From: Camelus ferus
Lineage: Eukaryota
NCBI RefSeq assembly: GCF_009834535.1
Contig: NC_045696.1
Span: 99,264,001-99,328,000 of the forward strand
Direction: 5' to 3'
DNA: 64,000 nt
The notes under the pieces were generated by a model. It saw only the letters and a program-made list of their open reading frames with translations, ran no database searches and had not been told where the DNA came from. Made by a program: the position numbers and the translations under genes. Shown piece by piece: positions 36,761 to 50,779 of this stretch (its first letter is position 1; each line of letters opens with the position of its first letter).

Positions 36761-39700
36761 CGGGAGACTTGCTTGTCTTAGTATCCTCTCAAGAGCAGAT
36801 TTCTGAGTACAAGGGGCATATCTGCACGTTGGGTTGTAGGGCTAGAGGAAGACACTGTAATGACTTCGTGATCATCACATGGATATTAACTTAAGTAATA
36901 AATTTAACATAGTTTTGCAGCAACGTATTTTATGGTGATATCTTTAAATTGTGAAACACGTTTTTTTTTTCTCTCCCCGAAATAATGATTGAAATTATGT
37001 GGCTTGAGTTTCTGCTTTACCCAGAACTATGAACTCCACCTTTTTTGAGGGAGGGATGCACCACCATGATTATTATACTTGCATGGTGAACATTTCACAA
37101 AACAGCCTGCAGAAGGGTTAGGATTCTTGACAGATATTTCCAGTTTCAAAAGCATATCTCCTCAAAAGGGAACTTACTGCTCGCAGTAGAGTTATAATCC
37201 TATCATTCACAAGTGAATAGTATTTTTTTTCCTTTCCAATTTATATGTTCATATGATAAATATGAGAGAGAAATAGAGATGTTGAAAGGCATTAATCAAG
37301 ATTTTTGGGTACTGTGTGAATGAGACTTTACTTTTCAAATCTGAAATATTTTGAAGAGAAGTGACAAAGGAGTTTTCAGTCTTCCCCGAAGCATAGGTTT
37401 TGAAATTTACGAAATGATGAACAAATTTCTTCCCAGCTACCTAAAATTGTGGGTGGTAGGGATGGTGGGAAAGAAAGTGAAAGGTCATATGTGATTTGCT
37501 TTTTGTAAATGCATGTCTTCAGAGAACAGTAATAATTTTTACTGTCAGATCGTGAAGCTGCTAGAGCCCTCTGATGTTTTTATGGAGTGCATGTGTTTGT
37601 CTGTTTTGTAAAGCTTGGCATTCTCGTATGTATTTGTAACCTGTTAGAGGAAAAAGAGGCTAGTTTGTTGGTTATGATTGACATGTAATGTATTGCACTA
37701 TAAACGGTATTTATAGTTTTATATGTTTACTATATGTTATATAGCTTTCTATATTTTCTTTTAGATATTTAGAAGCTCTAAGATATTTTCAGTGATAAAG
37801 GAATATTAGATACTCAATCTACATTTTTTTCTTCAAAATAACACATTTAGAATTTTAAATGCCTGGTTTGTTCATCTTTCAATAAATTATTTAGAGAGAA
37901 ATACTAATTTAAAGGCACTTTTTGAGGCTTCACAGGATCAAAATGGTTTTACAACATGCAATTAAATCTGTGTATTTCCAATGAGGAGGTTGAGGTGGTC
38001 TCTACATGGTAATGTCAATACTGTTTTCAGATATTAGGAAGCACTGTTTTAGTAATTTCTTCCTTCCCTTCATTCTTTCTTACCATCTTTCCTTCCTTCC
38101 TTTTTTTTTGTTGAAATGATGTCAATAACCTGTTGTACTTTTAAAAGGGTGGCATACTTTTAGCTTTTAAAAATTTTTAAATAATACAACTAGCTTAAGT
38201 CTGTGGACCACGTAGGCACCTAGGATATGGCTGTATGACTAATAACACAACCACTCTGGGAGACAGAATGAAACTTTTGAGATTTTTGTTATGGGGAAAA
38301 AAACCTGTTAGTGACATGTAAATCTATAAAGGTTTGTTAAGTTCCCCAAATAAATGTCTCTCTATAAGGAAACATCACTACGGGCTAAAATTTTCAGGAA
38401 TAAATTTTTTAGTTTTGGGGGGCATGATTTCATCTTGATAATAAAGAGCTATCACATTTTGTAGTTTTATATTTCAAATATTATGGGATATGAAGGCAAT
38501 TCTATATGACACAGTTGAAACCTGTGTTAAACTTTCTTAGTAATAAAGCAATTTCTATAATATAAGACCAAGAAAGTAATTTTGGTTTGAAAGAGCAAAT
38601 GAATTAGAGGACTAATTATCAAGTCATTATCCTGTATTCTTTGATTATTACCTAAATAATATAGATACAATTTTCTGATGTAGGATTGTAGTGTTATTTT
38701 TACCGCATAAAATCAAAATGGATGCAGGAATTTCAAAAGCCTCTAGCTAATGCAACTAGAAATTTGCCTTCCAGGGCTACTGAGAGACTTTATTTCTTTG
38801 CCTTTTCTTCTTATGAACAACATAGGAAAATCCAGGTATGTGATCTCATTTAATCTGAACTGCAGAAAAGAAGAAACCACTCATATGTCTAAAGGTGTGG
38901 AGAAGGATAGATCGCCTTTATTATGTAGTTAGTATTTCCAAAATTTGAGATTAGGAACATATGACATTGGAAAACAACATAAATAAACTTTTAGTCAAAA
39001 GTAAAGCTCTAATTACAATGGAAAGTGGAAAACCAAAGGTTCAGTAAGTATTTCTGAAAGTTATTGAGTGTATTGTAGTTAATTATAGTACATTTACTTC
39101 TAAGTCTGCTGTATTTATCTGAAAGGAATAGGACCTTATTATTATGTATTATTCCTCACATTATTATTGTTATTACACAAGGAAAGTATATTGTCTAATG
39201 TGAAATTTACACATGGAATTTCCTATTCCATGGGAAATCTGGATATTTACATCAGGTCAATTACAATTAAATTCATACAGGTGTTTTCTATATATCAAAG
39301 CAAGATAGAATTTACACTTTCTTGGTTGTAAGCATGTCTTCTAGAGATGGGCACCAACAATATTACCTTGATCGGGTGCAGAAATTGTTTTCTATGAATC
39401 TGTGCTTCAGTTTGCAAATGAAAACGTGTGCCACAGGACCACATCAAAGGCTGGCCGGCTGTCATTAAGAGACATCAAAGGGCAGCCTCCCTGAAGCCTT
39501 TAAGTTTTATGGCAGGTGACTCATAGAGATGTCAGGGCATCTTGGGAAACCAGGAGAAGACTCCATCTAAACTCAGTTGTCTTTGGTTCCTTTCATCTAT
39601 TTGGGTAGGTTAGGTGTCCTGGGCTAGAAAGAGTTTTGCAGTGATTTGAATCCTGGACATCAAGCCTCTCTGATTTCAGCTGCTCTCAGCATGGAGGCTG

Positions 39701-42700
39701 TGGTCATGGTTTTTCCTGATGGACACATCTGGGGAGCAGAAAAATGATCCTTGTGATAATGTCATCAATTGCCTATGAGGCATGGAGGCATAAGCCTCTC
39801 TTTGGGCTCCTCTCAGGACACAGACACAGGCATTTGAGTTGTACTTGGGAAATTCAGGATAATTTTGGAGACAGACCCTTTCCAAATTCTAACACAGGGC
39901 TCTCCTTCATTTACCATGGGGCTGAGATATGTTCCACAGAAAAACAGAATAATGGGATTTCTATTTAAACAAAGTAACACGATAAATCTAGCTTTTTCTG
40001 GTTAAGCCAACTCATACAATTATACCTTTAATGAGATGTTACAAAAACCTATATGGAGAATAATATCTTTATAATCAAATTAGGAGACAACAGTGGCTGA
40101 TTTTTAGCTGATTAGAGAAATGAAAGTATTGCATATGAAAACAAGTACTTACAGCTTTAGATTACATAGATGTTTTTCTGATTTGTTTTCTAGATACATT
40201 TACACCATCTTAGGATGCATTCCTTTAATTTTACTGAACAAGTGTATCCTTTATATGTCACAAGACTAAAACATGTCTTGGCTAGTCGTTTCTACTTTAT
40301 GAGGACCAAATAAAATTTTCACAGTAACTAAAAACTTGTCATGAACCCTGAAGGCTTATTTATTTATTTATTTTTGTCTAAAATTTAATATATTTAAAGA
40401 ATACATTTAAAACCATTTTGTACTGCTTTGATCATTCACTTATATGTCATTAAGTAGTCTAAGCATTTTATTATGAAAGGGCTCTGTTTACAAATTAGAC
40501 CAAAGAACACGTTTCACACTGAAGATCAGCATATATATTGTATTTTATTTCAGATGCACATGACACAACTTTAATATTAGAGCCGGATGATTAAAAGAAC
40601 ATTACCTGAGCCATGAGAGTCACTGAATGAGCTATGCTAAATTGGTTGTTTTCTGTTTTGTGATTAATTGTGCTTCTAAACCATATTTTAGTGTGCTTTG
40701 TTTTTCTGTCCCCAGTCATCCCATATTATTAAAGAGAAATTCTGCATATCTCTCCTGGAGTCCAATTAAGGATTTGCATCATGACTAGATTTTTCACTTT
40801 AATTACTGTATATAAAGTAGGTTTTGACTTATTTCCATATTTATCAAACTATGCAGAAGAAGCAAAATTCATCAAATAAACAGATATCTGTGGCTATAAT
40901 TGCAGCCTGCACTGAGCATGTAGGAAGAAAATATGAGGGTCCAAATTTCATTATGTAGAACATAATAAACATCTGAATAATTAAACTGTGTGTAAATCAT
41001 AGGCTTGGCAGTAGTAAGAATAGGAGAGACACTTTCATTTGATCCAAAAATATTTTAAATATATTTCTAAAAATACATCCTGAAGATTAGACAAACAACG
41101 AGTTGAAAAAACTTACATCTGTTATCATGTGAGAAATACAACATTGGATAATGTGCATTCAAAAATTGTTTTTTAATTAATTATAATATAGGGTGAACCT
41201 TCCATGATCATGAGTTTCCAAAAATCCTTTTTAAAAATCAAATAGGAGAATAAAACCAAAAGGATGTTAATATTAGCAAAATTTTTTGATTAGTTTTCTT
41301 TGTACTTAGACTGTAAGTAATTAACACTGAGGAAGTGACCTATTTCCAGAACTAACAAAACACACCAGCCTTCTAAATGTATATAATTTAAAGCTCCAAA
41401 TAATATTCTACTTACAAATGTTTAGCCACAGTTCTTATTATATGTAAGCACATAATTGTGTATTAAAGAATTTGTAGCTAAATAAATATAGGGAGCATTA
41501 TTTTATTATATTAAAAATTTAATGATGAAAATATATTATCACCAAGATACTAACAGATAGCTTATCAAAAGTGGAAAACCTAGGACTTTTCATTTTAAGC
41601 ATGATTCTTTAACTTTTAAGGCATTCAGGAAAAGGATTTCATATGACTTTTCCTTTGGTTATTTAATTGCAAAACTTAAATTGTCTCTAGTGTCACAAAT
41701 GAATTGGGTTTATTAATTTTGAAACTTTCAAAAAGACATTTTTAATTTAAATTTTTGCCATAGTTAAGCTCCTGACAAGGAAAGTTTAATTCTAGTTATT
41801 GTAAGGGTGCTAAGGGGCTTTGAATTAATTTATCTAGTAAGCCCTGCTGCGAATGTAGCTGGTTACTTTTGAATTAGATATTAAGGACAGATAAAGTGAT
41901 GGACCTGCTTGGCTTCTACTATGTGAAGATTCATCATATTTTGATTTTCACAGGCTCCCAGAAGTGAGGAAGTCTAGAAAGTAGAATCTGCTTAATGTTG
42001 TCGGAAATCATTCATTTTTTTTCCTTCACAATTGATACAGAAATTTTCTTTTCACCTTTAAATATATGTTACAAAATGTGAGAATGTGGCCTTTTAGAGG
42101 TAACTACAGTGAATCAGATCAAGGCCCCTACATATGACCCATCTGAATAACTCGAGTATGTTCCAATGTGCAATGCTTGGGGACAGCTTGGGGACAAAAG
42201 TGGTTAAGGAAGTGCAGCATGTCCTTTTTTTATTTTGGGGGTGGGGGGTGAGAAAATAAGTTTGAATTCACTCAAATAGTTACTGTACATCTCTTTGTAC
42301 TAAGAATTCTGATAGCTGTATGAATAATTTTCCTGATCCATTTTAATGTTTCAACCCGGGCAAGCTTGTTATTCCTCTCTTACTGTTGAACAATAAAAAT
42401 ATAAAATCACAAGGGATTGGATGTGAACACATTAAAAAGGATTAACAGAATTGGACTGAATCAGTGACTGGATGGATGTCTAATGGCTTCTCATCAGAAA
42501 CAACTAAAGTTGTTTGGCTTAAAACTGTTTCCAAAACCCCCTTCTATGGATAAAGTCATTTAGGTGGTCATATAATAAAGGAATATCATGCCATGAAGAG
42601 AAAAAGTTTCAAAGTATTTATCTACTATGGGTTGGAAATATTGATAAAATATTAAAGGATGTTTTATAATGAAAGAATTTATAAACTTCAGTGGTGCAGG

Positions 42701-43189
42701 TTGCAGTTTGGTATTCTCAATAGAGAACACTTCAGTGCAACATTCCACGAGCCGAATCTTCACCTTATGGTTGAAGACCATTTTCATTGTATTAGTTTTC
42801 TAGGAGAAAGAAAAACTATAATGGACATTCATGTTTCACGTATAATTCTGTAATGGCTTCTTGTTTTCACACTGGTTTTGACTATAATGAGGGTGATCAA
42901 TGAATTATTTAGGAAATAAGTATTCTTTTGAATAAAAAGATTTTAGTTTTAATTTATGAAAAAGATTTACTTTGTAAAATACCCAGTACAGGATCATGAA
43001 CACAAGGTATTTTCCCTCCACAAAAAGAGAAGTCAGTCCTTTCATCGGCTGGTTTCTTAATGGAAGCATCTGCTGGTATCTAGAACTCTTCTCAACTCAA
43101 ACACTATATTTCATTTTGTTTATTTTTCTCTTCTTCCCTAATCAAACTTAAGACTTCCACCATAGGAAAAAAAAAAAAAAGAGTTGTTT

Positions 43190-43279
43190 GAAAGAGATTG
43201 CTGGGCCTCACTCAAGATCTATTAATTGAATCTGAGGGATTGAGGCCTGGGAATTTGCATTGTAAACAATTATCCTGGG
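43190..43279. mobile_element. MER5-like fragment
   Basis: gagattgctgggcctcac...gcctgggaatttgcatt. Confidence 0.65.
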
Positions 43280-44300
43280 CAGTGCTATATTGGCAAATGT
43301 TTAGTAACTTGCTGCATGAAAAAATTTATATATATATATATAAAATTTATATATATATATACACACACATAAATATGTGTCATAAACTTTACTTATATAA
43401 ATACTACATAATATACAATTTAAAAATAATAAAGTATACAATATTCTTTATTGTAAATTCCATGTAGCCAATTGCTTCCCACAGAATGATTTTTTAAATT
43501 TGGTGCTAAACTCTTACCTGTAGCCAAACTATTGTCTCAGCTGATGAACGCATATAGTTCCAACATGAATGTTGGTAGATATTTTTATTTATGGTAAGAC
43601 GAACATGAACTAATGAAGAATATATAGGAATTCACGTGTTCGTCAATGACGTCAATAACTTCGTTGCTGAATAGGAGAACAGTTTTCAAATTTGAAAGAA
43701 TATTTCTTCAATATTATGTGTTGTTCACAATGTAATGGGTCTAGACATGACTTTTTTTTTTTTTTGGTTGGGGGAAGTAATTAAGTTTATTTGTTTATTT
43801 ATTTTTTAATGAAGGTGCTGGGGATTGCACCCAGGACCCCAGGCATGCTAGGCATGTGCTCTACCACTGAGCTCTACCCTCCTCCTACATGACACATTTT
43901 TCAGTTCAATCTGCATTAGATGTAATAGGTGACAAAACCAACAAAATATAAGGCCTGTTTTGTGGCATTTTTCAAATTTCGTAGTGTAAACACTCCCACC
44001 TTGCCAATTTCAAGTTACAAATGTGACATACTTCAAGGAAAGGTGGGAAGGGTTGCCTGCAGTGCACAATTACATATTTTCACCATAGTTACACGATGGA
44101 TGCAAATGACCTGAAGAGCAAGATAGTTGTAAAGTGTGGTAAATAATTAGTGATGAATCTTGAGTATTTTCACCTTTAAAGATAAGGTATTTGGATAACT
44201 CAAATATATTTAAGATAATTTATATTTTAAAACAATTTAATTTTCAATGGTGACCATGTTTAACAATTGACATAAAATTCCCCAAAGCTTAACAATTTCA
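43280..44300 (+). mobile_element. Arthur1-like hAT-Tip100 DNA transposon remnant, interrupted by a SINE
   Basis: Starts cagtgctatattggcaaatgtttagtaac; ends gtttaacaattgacataaaattcc...ttaacaatt; both resemble recalled Arthur1 ends. Confidence 0.55.
43752..43885 (-). mobile_element. tRNA-derived SINE (camelid-type)
   Basis: Minus strand agggtagagctcagtggtagagcacatgcctagcatg...gtcctgggtgcaatccccagcacc (A/B boxes), poly-A tail, TSD acatgac at 43745-43751 and 43887-43893. Confidence 0.9.
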
Positions 44301-44469
44301 AAATTAATTTCAAAATTATAATCAGAAATATTAGAAATCTCTTAAGACAATAGATAGATATATAGATGGATTGTTTTTTAAATGGATTGAACACAGGTTA
44401 TATATGTGGGCATGTGTAGGTCACCCTGTATGTGTATTAACATCAAACTATAAAGAATAAAGTGCACAG

Positions 44470-44900
44470 TGTCCTCAAGGCACTTACCTCTGTGCTAATG
44501 GTTGTGGGAAATGCAGAAACATATGACACTTTTTTTTAACCTCAGGTCCTTGTCATATATTTGCATGAAAATGTTAATATAGTGATCTGCATGGAGGGTA
44601 GAGCTCAGCGGTAGAGTATGTGCTTAGCATGCACAAGGTCCTGGGTTCAATCCCCAGTACCTCCATTAAATAAATAAATAAACAAAAGTGTAATTACCTC
44701 CACCCCCAAACAAAATAAAAAAAAATAAAAATTTTAAAAAAGATAATACAATGATCAATACAGAATGAAGTAGGGGGACAGACGGGTAGCTCTGTGATGA
44801 CTAGAAATCGTATGGAAAGGATCTTGAAGAGGTGGAACTTAATTGGGAACCTAAGAAATGGTTAGTCAAACCCAGTCATTGGTCTCATATCATGGAGGAA
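44470..44900 (-). mobile_element. Diverged L2 fragment hosting a SINE
   Basis: ctgtgctaatggttgtgggaaatgcaga... and ggaaaggatcttgaagaggtggaactta... resemble L2 antisense. Confidence 0.4.
44592..44740 (+). mobile_element. tRNA-derived SINE (camelid-type)
   Basis: ggagggtagagctcagcggtagagtatgtgcttagcatgcacaaggtcctgggttcaatccccagtacctcc with A/B boxes, (aaat)n, taattacctcc and an A-rich tail. Confidence 0.92.
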
Positions 44901-45759
44901 GGAAGATCATAGCAAGCAAAAAAAAACAAAAACAAAACAAAAAAAAAATTAGCTGAAGAAATACAAAATTCAGAACTCTACCAATTCTTTTCTTCAGGTT
45001 TCAGTGGTATAATCCGACCCATGCATAGTTAGAGGGTGTTTGGATTCTGTGTCTGTCCACAGGATCCTTAACGCTAGTCTCTTGGGGTGCATGTTCCACA
45101 TTCTCCATCAGACCCGTTTCCTCAAGCTCCTCTTCTTCTTGGTCCTTTAATGTCTTGGCTTTTCCCTCATGTTGCTTCATTTGCTTCTGTGAAAGTTGAT
45201 CCACTTCTGCCTTTTCAGTTCTGTTGGGCAACAAACACTAAGTCCTGTGAGGTCAGTGAGGGGTTAATTGGTTCCTGCATTGTGCTGTCTAATACATTGT
45301 GTATTGCAATCAAAGTTCAGAAGTGACGCTAGAGGGAGGCTACATTTCCTCCCTAAGTGAGTGCACTTTTATACAGAGGTACAGAATTTCTCACGGAAGG
45401 CAGCTAAAGCGAGCTTTAATGAAACAACCCCCCCCCCCCCGACTCAAGATGTAGTAGAGAAGAACGGGGAGACTCTTGACTCTTATGGAAGGAAGGTTAA
45501 GGGTCATGGTTTCTCAGCACAGCAGGCAGGGTTTATCATCCAGAGAAGGTGTGTGTGTGTGTCAAGCTTTGCTCTGATAGCCAAATAGTTTCAGAAAGAT
45601 GTGTCTTTGCTCATCTGGCTAGACAAGACAATATTTCTTAATACTTACCCATCAATTTATCAAAATTTCATATTTCCCTTACTATTTTGACTACATAATT
45701 ATTGTTCACTCTTAAACCAAGTTGGTACGCTAAGATTACCTTTTTAAAATTTTCTAACT

Positions 45760-46100
45760 TACCTTTATTTTTCCTGGAGTTAATAATTGTTTTACATTTT
45801 TATTTGCTTAATTTCTTTGCACTTCCAGCCAAATCTTCTCATACTGGACAAAAGCCCTGTAAAATGCTTCCCAGTAAGTGAATTCTTCTCTGTGTTTAGG
45901 TCTTCTGATTTTGAATCTTTATTTACCTCAATTTTGATTCACGCCTCCATTTTAGTAGAACATATTCTCCATTAGCTTCTTGGGAAAATGTCCAAAGGAA
46001 TACATGTATTTCAGAATTTGCATGTGTGAACATGTTTATTCTATTCTCATACTTGGTCATTAGTTAGATTGGATATAGTCTCTAGTTGGAAATATTTTGA
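45760..46100 (-). mobile_element. Ancient L1 (L1ME/HAL1-like) fragment
   Basis: ttgcatgtgtgaacatgtttattctattctcatacttggtcattagttagattggatatagtctctagttggaaat resembles the antisense ORF1 region of old L1. Confidence 0.6.
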
Positions 46101-46227
46101 TGCATATATTCTAAATCAATTATGACTTATTTTTTAAAAAACTTATTACTAATTAGAACTAACTACTAATATTATAAAACTTCATAATGTGCAACTTAAT
46201 ACTTTAAATTTAATATGTAGTGTAGTA

Positions 46228-47100
46228 AGAGGCATCTCAAACTCAACATGTTTAAAATAGAACTCATTCATTTCTTCCCTGCTCCATTCCTGGTTTTTTC
46301 ATTCTCAATGAATGGTACCACCATATCTAATTATATCTGTCAGAAACATAACCCCAATATACAATTTGTCATTAATTCTTATCAGGGCTACTTCTGATGT
46401 TTCTCCAATACATCCAGTTGTCTTCCTGTTACCTCTAGCAAACCATTCCAAGGCACCATTCCCTTTCATCTCCTCAACATTTCCTAACTGATCTTCTTAT
46501 ATTCACTCCTGTTTTCTTTCATTTTATTCTCTTCACCATAGTTATATATATCCTTCTGAAATGTGTATATGGTGATGTCAAATTCTTACTTAAAATTATA
46601 CTTCAACAGATTCCAATTAGTCAAATTTATCCTGATAGATAAAAGACCAAGACCTGGAGCAAGAGTCATGTGTGATCTAGCTTTAACCTACATCTCTAGT
46701 CTATTTTAGCAACATAATTCTATGTCATATTACTATTGTTTAAGTTCCTTTATCTTAACCATCTCCAAACATGCCACAGGGCCTTTGCACATGTTCTTTT
46801 GTAGGGCACATTCCTTAACCTTCTCTTTCCCTGCTCCCACCTAATTCTTTGTTCTACTTTCACTTCTTTGGGACATCTTACTCCTTTTTTAAATTTTCAT
46901 ATAAAACTCTTTTTATCATATATCACAATTATAAATTTTGTATCCTTTGTATCATTACTTCATTAATATCTGGCTTCATGATTAGATGAAAAGCTCCATG
47001 GGGATAGGAATCTTGTCCATTTTTATTTATCAGTACATCCCTTGCATTTCACAGATGCCTGACACATAGTACACTATAATTAAATATTATTGAATAAAGG
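46228..47100 (+). mobile_element. L2 3' portion
   Basis: aggcatctcaaactcaacatgtttaaaatagaactc ... cacagggcctttgcacatg ... aagctccatggggatagg ... tgcctgacacatagt ... aaatattattgaataaa. Confidence 0.88.
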
Positions 47101-49784
47101 AATATTTTTTCCATTTTCTTCTCTTCCTTTGCCTTCCCTTTCCTTCTCTTCCATTCCATCTTTCTTTCTTTTTCTTTCATTCTTGCTATTTTGGGGGGCG
47201 TTATCTATGAATGATAAATCATATGACTTTATTTGGATTGATCAAGAAAACAAGCCAGATAAGATCAATAAAATATTTAAAAATTTCTTGGAGTTTTCAA
47301 GTTAATAAAATGGTTATAATTACAGTGGGCATTGAAATAGCAATTTTTAATTCTGAAGTATATTTATTTGGAAGTTTATATTCCAAAATATATTAGGTTT
47401 TTTAAAAAAGAATCTACAAGCATTATATACTTTATCTTGGCAGCATTTTAAAAATATTTAAGATATTACAGTTACTTCGCTTAAAGACAGTAAACACATT
47501 CAGTAAGGAATGATCCAATCTATGAGGTATTTCTTACTTCTATTTCATAATGAAATTTTTGTTCAGTTTATTTTAGGAAACCATCAACATAAGTTATGAC
47601 TTAATAAACAATTTGTTTAAAGATGCATAGAGGTGTACCTTAGCTTTCTACTTGAGAACTATAGATGGCATAACGTAGTATGCCCAGAAATATTTTATGT
47701 GCTTCCTTGTGGGACCATGCTTACAATCAAGGAGGCAAACCTTTTGTACCTCCACCAACATTTTTATTCGTGACTACTTTTTTTTTTTCATCTTTAAAAT
47801 CCTGATTCACCTTCTATTGAATAATGGCGTTCTGAATCAGACTATGGATTATGCTACATTCTCAAAAGGCAAATTTGTGTTTTAGATAAATGTCGTGTAT
47901 TTTTTGGTTTAATTACCTCAAAATATATAATACAGCGGGGGTGAATGACAGCTGCACGAGGATGTATATATCAATAATCCTCTTGCTGGTTTTTGGCAGA
48001 GCCTGCTGTACTTCCAGTCTCTTTGTTTACCATGTGCAAAAGACTGGATCAACTTTCAAACACTTTATTATGGTTTAATGGGGGAATCATTAGTAGATGA
48101 GTTTAACAGACCCAAATGCTAGACACTCAGTGGTTTATTTTTCAAGATTAAAATAATGTCTGTTTTTAACCTTCTGTAGTTTAAAGCAAATTTGCATACA
48201 GCTGTATGCAGTTAAGTGCCTTTCAGACTTCTTGTTACATTAAGAATGTACAAGCATTAAGAGTGCTTGTAATACAATTGACTTTAGGCTGAATTTTACA
48301 TTAATGGCCCCCTTTGTTATTTAGCTGGCATTAAAGGCTTAAGTACAAGAAAATCCATGTACAAAGCGGATCATTTTTATTTTAATTTAAACTCCCAAGA
48401 AATTTAGTGACTAAAACATCCGTTATGCCATTTGGAATAATTTTTTTTCTTCCCCTAAAGCTCTTTGTAGCAAGAGACAAATGGTAGCAGAATCCCGAAA
48501 TGCACAGTTACCTCAGGATGGCTGGGCAAATTGATAAAGACCCAGGGATACAAATTGGAACCACAATGGCCAGGGGACACAAAGCTGATGGGCTTTGGGC
48601 CTCTCTTAGGATGCTGTTAGGAAAAGGGCCATTAACATTGGCAAATGGGAAGAAAGGCTGTGAGTGGGATGCTAACAAGTACAGCAAAGGGAGATGGTGC
48701 CGGCTGTCAGAACAGGAAGTGATTTCAACCAATCTCTCAGGGAAATCTTCTGGACCATTTTTCTTCAACAAATGCCTCAAAATTATGCTATTTAGGTGAC
48801 ATCAACTTGCTTATGAATATCTTTGATAGGAAGTGTTCAAAGTTAATAAAATCTCTACTTCTCAAGAAACGTTGAGACAGCCTAGGATGTGGATTTTAGG
48901 TTCACTTTAATATTACGACCCTGTAAAATACATTAGTCTGCATTTGCTTGTATTTATCAAAAAATAGGCCATTACTATGCACAAGGCACTAGGCCAGGAG
49001 CTTTCCTTTCTTAGCACGTGAGAAATGCAGTGAACATAACTGTGTGTTTCTCTCATGACCTGGGATCTTGTAGTGCCTCCTGTCATCTCCATTCTGAAGA
49101 TTTATTCTCATTGCAAATTAGTTCAGAAGGGGATGTAAAACGTGAAGGAGATGGTACTGAACTCTATGATTACCTCTGGACATATATACCTTTGTGTTTG
49201 AATCTTTATTCCCTTTTATTTGCTTCTTTTTCTTAGAAGTGAAGTGCTGAGACAAATTTGGTTAATTGAGGAGACTGGATAGTTGAGTTCCAGATAATTG
49301 AGCGTTTATCACAAACTCATCCTCTCTCTATATCTTTGGTTATTCTTGTAAAAGAGCATTTCTTGAAGTTAGGCTATCTGATACAATTTGAGAAGTGACC
49401 TTCCAATGCCTAAGGGATGAAAGATGAAAAAGACAGATGGAAAGAGACTGAAGTTTGTGATCATACCTGTTTGGCTGGGTTGGTATACTGCTGAACTAAT
49501 ATTGAACTATAAATCCACTGGGAGGCAAATGAGTTTCTGGAGAGTATGGCCAAAGAAAACATCTGGTAGAACAAATAAATGTAGCCAGGACCTCCCAATA
49601 GGTGGGTGGAGAATAGCAACTGGGGAAGCTGCCCATGCTCAGAGAAGTTCTGTGAAAGGATGACAACTGGAAAATATTCCAGAGGGCTAGCTATCAAGGT
49701 GTAACCACAAGAAGCAGGGCAGTGATTCACTCCTCATAATTAGGCACAACATCAGGGCTGGATATGAAGGTTAAGGTAGAGACC

Positions 49785-50070
49785 AGTATCTGGGCTTTCA
49801 AACTTACAAGGCTGCAGGGGATGAACAGAAAATACATATGAGTGAATTTGGCTGATGGAGATGGTGGCTCACATGCAGCTCATGTCTTGTCGACTTGGTG
49901 AAGTGGTATCTATTGTCTTCATGTGGAAATGCAGGCCTGGTGTGGCCAGGTCCTACAATTTTTAAAGAAAAATAAAAAATATAAAACCCTGAATTTCAAA
50001 TGTTGTAATTAATATACAGAAAAGAAAAACAGAAAGTAAGTCAAAAAATAGATAGGCCAGATTTATAAGT
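49785..50070 (+). mobile_element. MER103C-like hAT-Charlie element
   Basis: ggaaatgcaggcctggtgtggccagg...tttttaaaga...ctgaatttcaaatgttg. Confidence 0.6.
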
Positions 50071-50089
50071 CTTCCATATTTCTGCTGTA

Positions 50090-50575
50090 TTCTTCACATG
50101 AACTGCAAGGCCCTTCCTCTCCTCACCTCCCATTGTGCTACTCCTAAATCACTTCACAACAGCAGCACTTGTCTTTCTTAAGTTCTTCAAATGGTTTTGC
50201 TTCAGGAGTGCTCTTCAGTCATCCTTTTTGTTTGGTTCTCTCTTGTTTATCCCTGAGATCTCAGCAAAAATATCACCTCTTAGGAAAGATACCTGATAAC
50301 TCTCCACCCCCAGCCCTCCAAGACTTGGTAAGAATTCCTTTTTTAGAACTTTGAACTTTTTGTTTATTATACTTCCAGTTAATATCTGTGAATTTTTGTT
50401 GGGGGTGGTGGTTTTGTGAGAGAGTTCAATTATTTGTTTTATGTCTACTTCTCCATTGAACTATAAGCACCATGAATTTGGGAACTTGTCTGTGTTGTTT
50501 AATGTTGTTTCTCCAGAGCTTACCATATTGCCTATATAGGACCTCTGAACGTATTTACTGAATGAATCAACGAAC
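50090..50575 (+). mobile_element. L2 3' end
   Basis: ctataagcaccatga...cttgtctgtgttgttta...tctccagagctt...tatttactgaatgaat. Confidence 0.8.
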
Positions 50576-50779
50576 TACCCCCTGGGACAGCAGAACTAAT
50601 ATATTTTGTGGGGAAGGGCATGTAAGAGCTCTCCATGGTGCTGAAACTATTTGTGAACCGATACGGCCAATTGGTTGAAGCATTTTAGGTACGGGGATGT
50701 ATGACATTAGCAGCAACTAACAACAACTGGCCAAGAAAGGGGAAAAGATGAGAGAAGAAAAGAGAACTAATACAAGAAG

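Noticed and set aside
44592..44665. tRNA gene
   Set aside because: A/B boxes are followed by a SINE body and A-rich tail, with other diverged copies in the window; it is a SINE head
49333..49345. tctttggttat resembling the 5' end of miR-9
   Set aside because: Only 11 nt match; the rest of the mature sequence and the hairpin are absent
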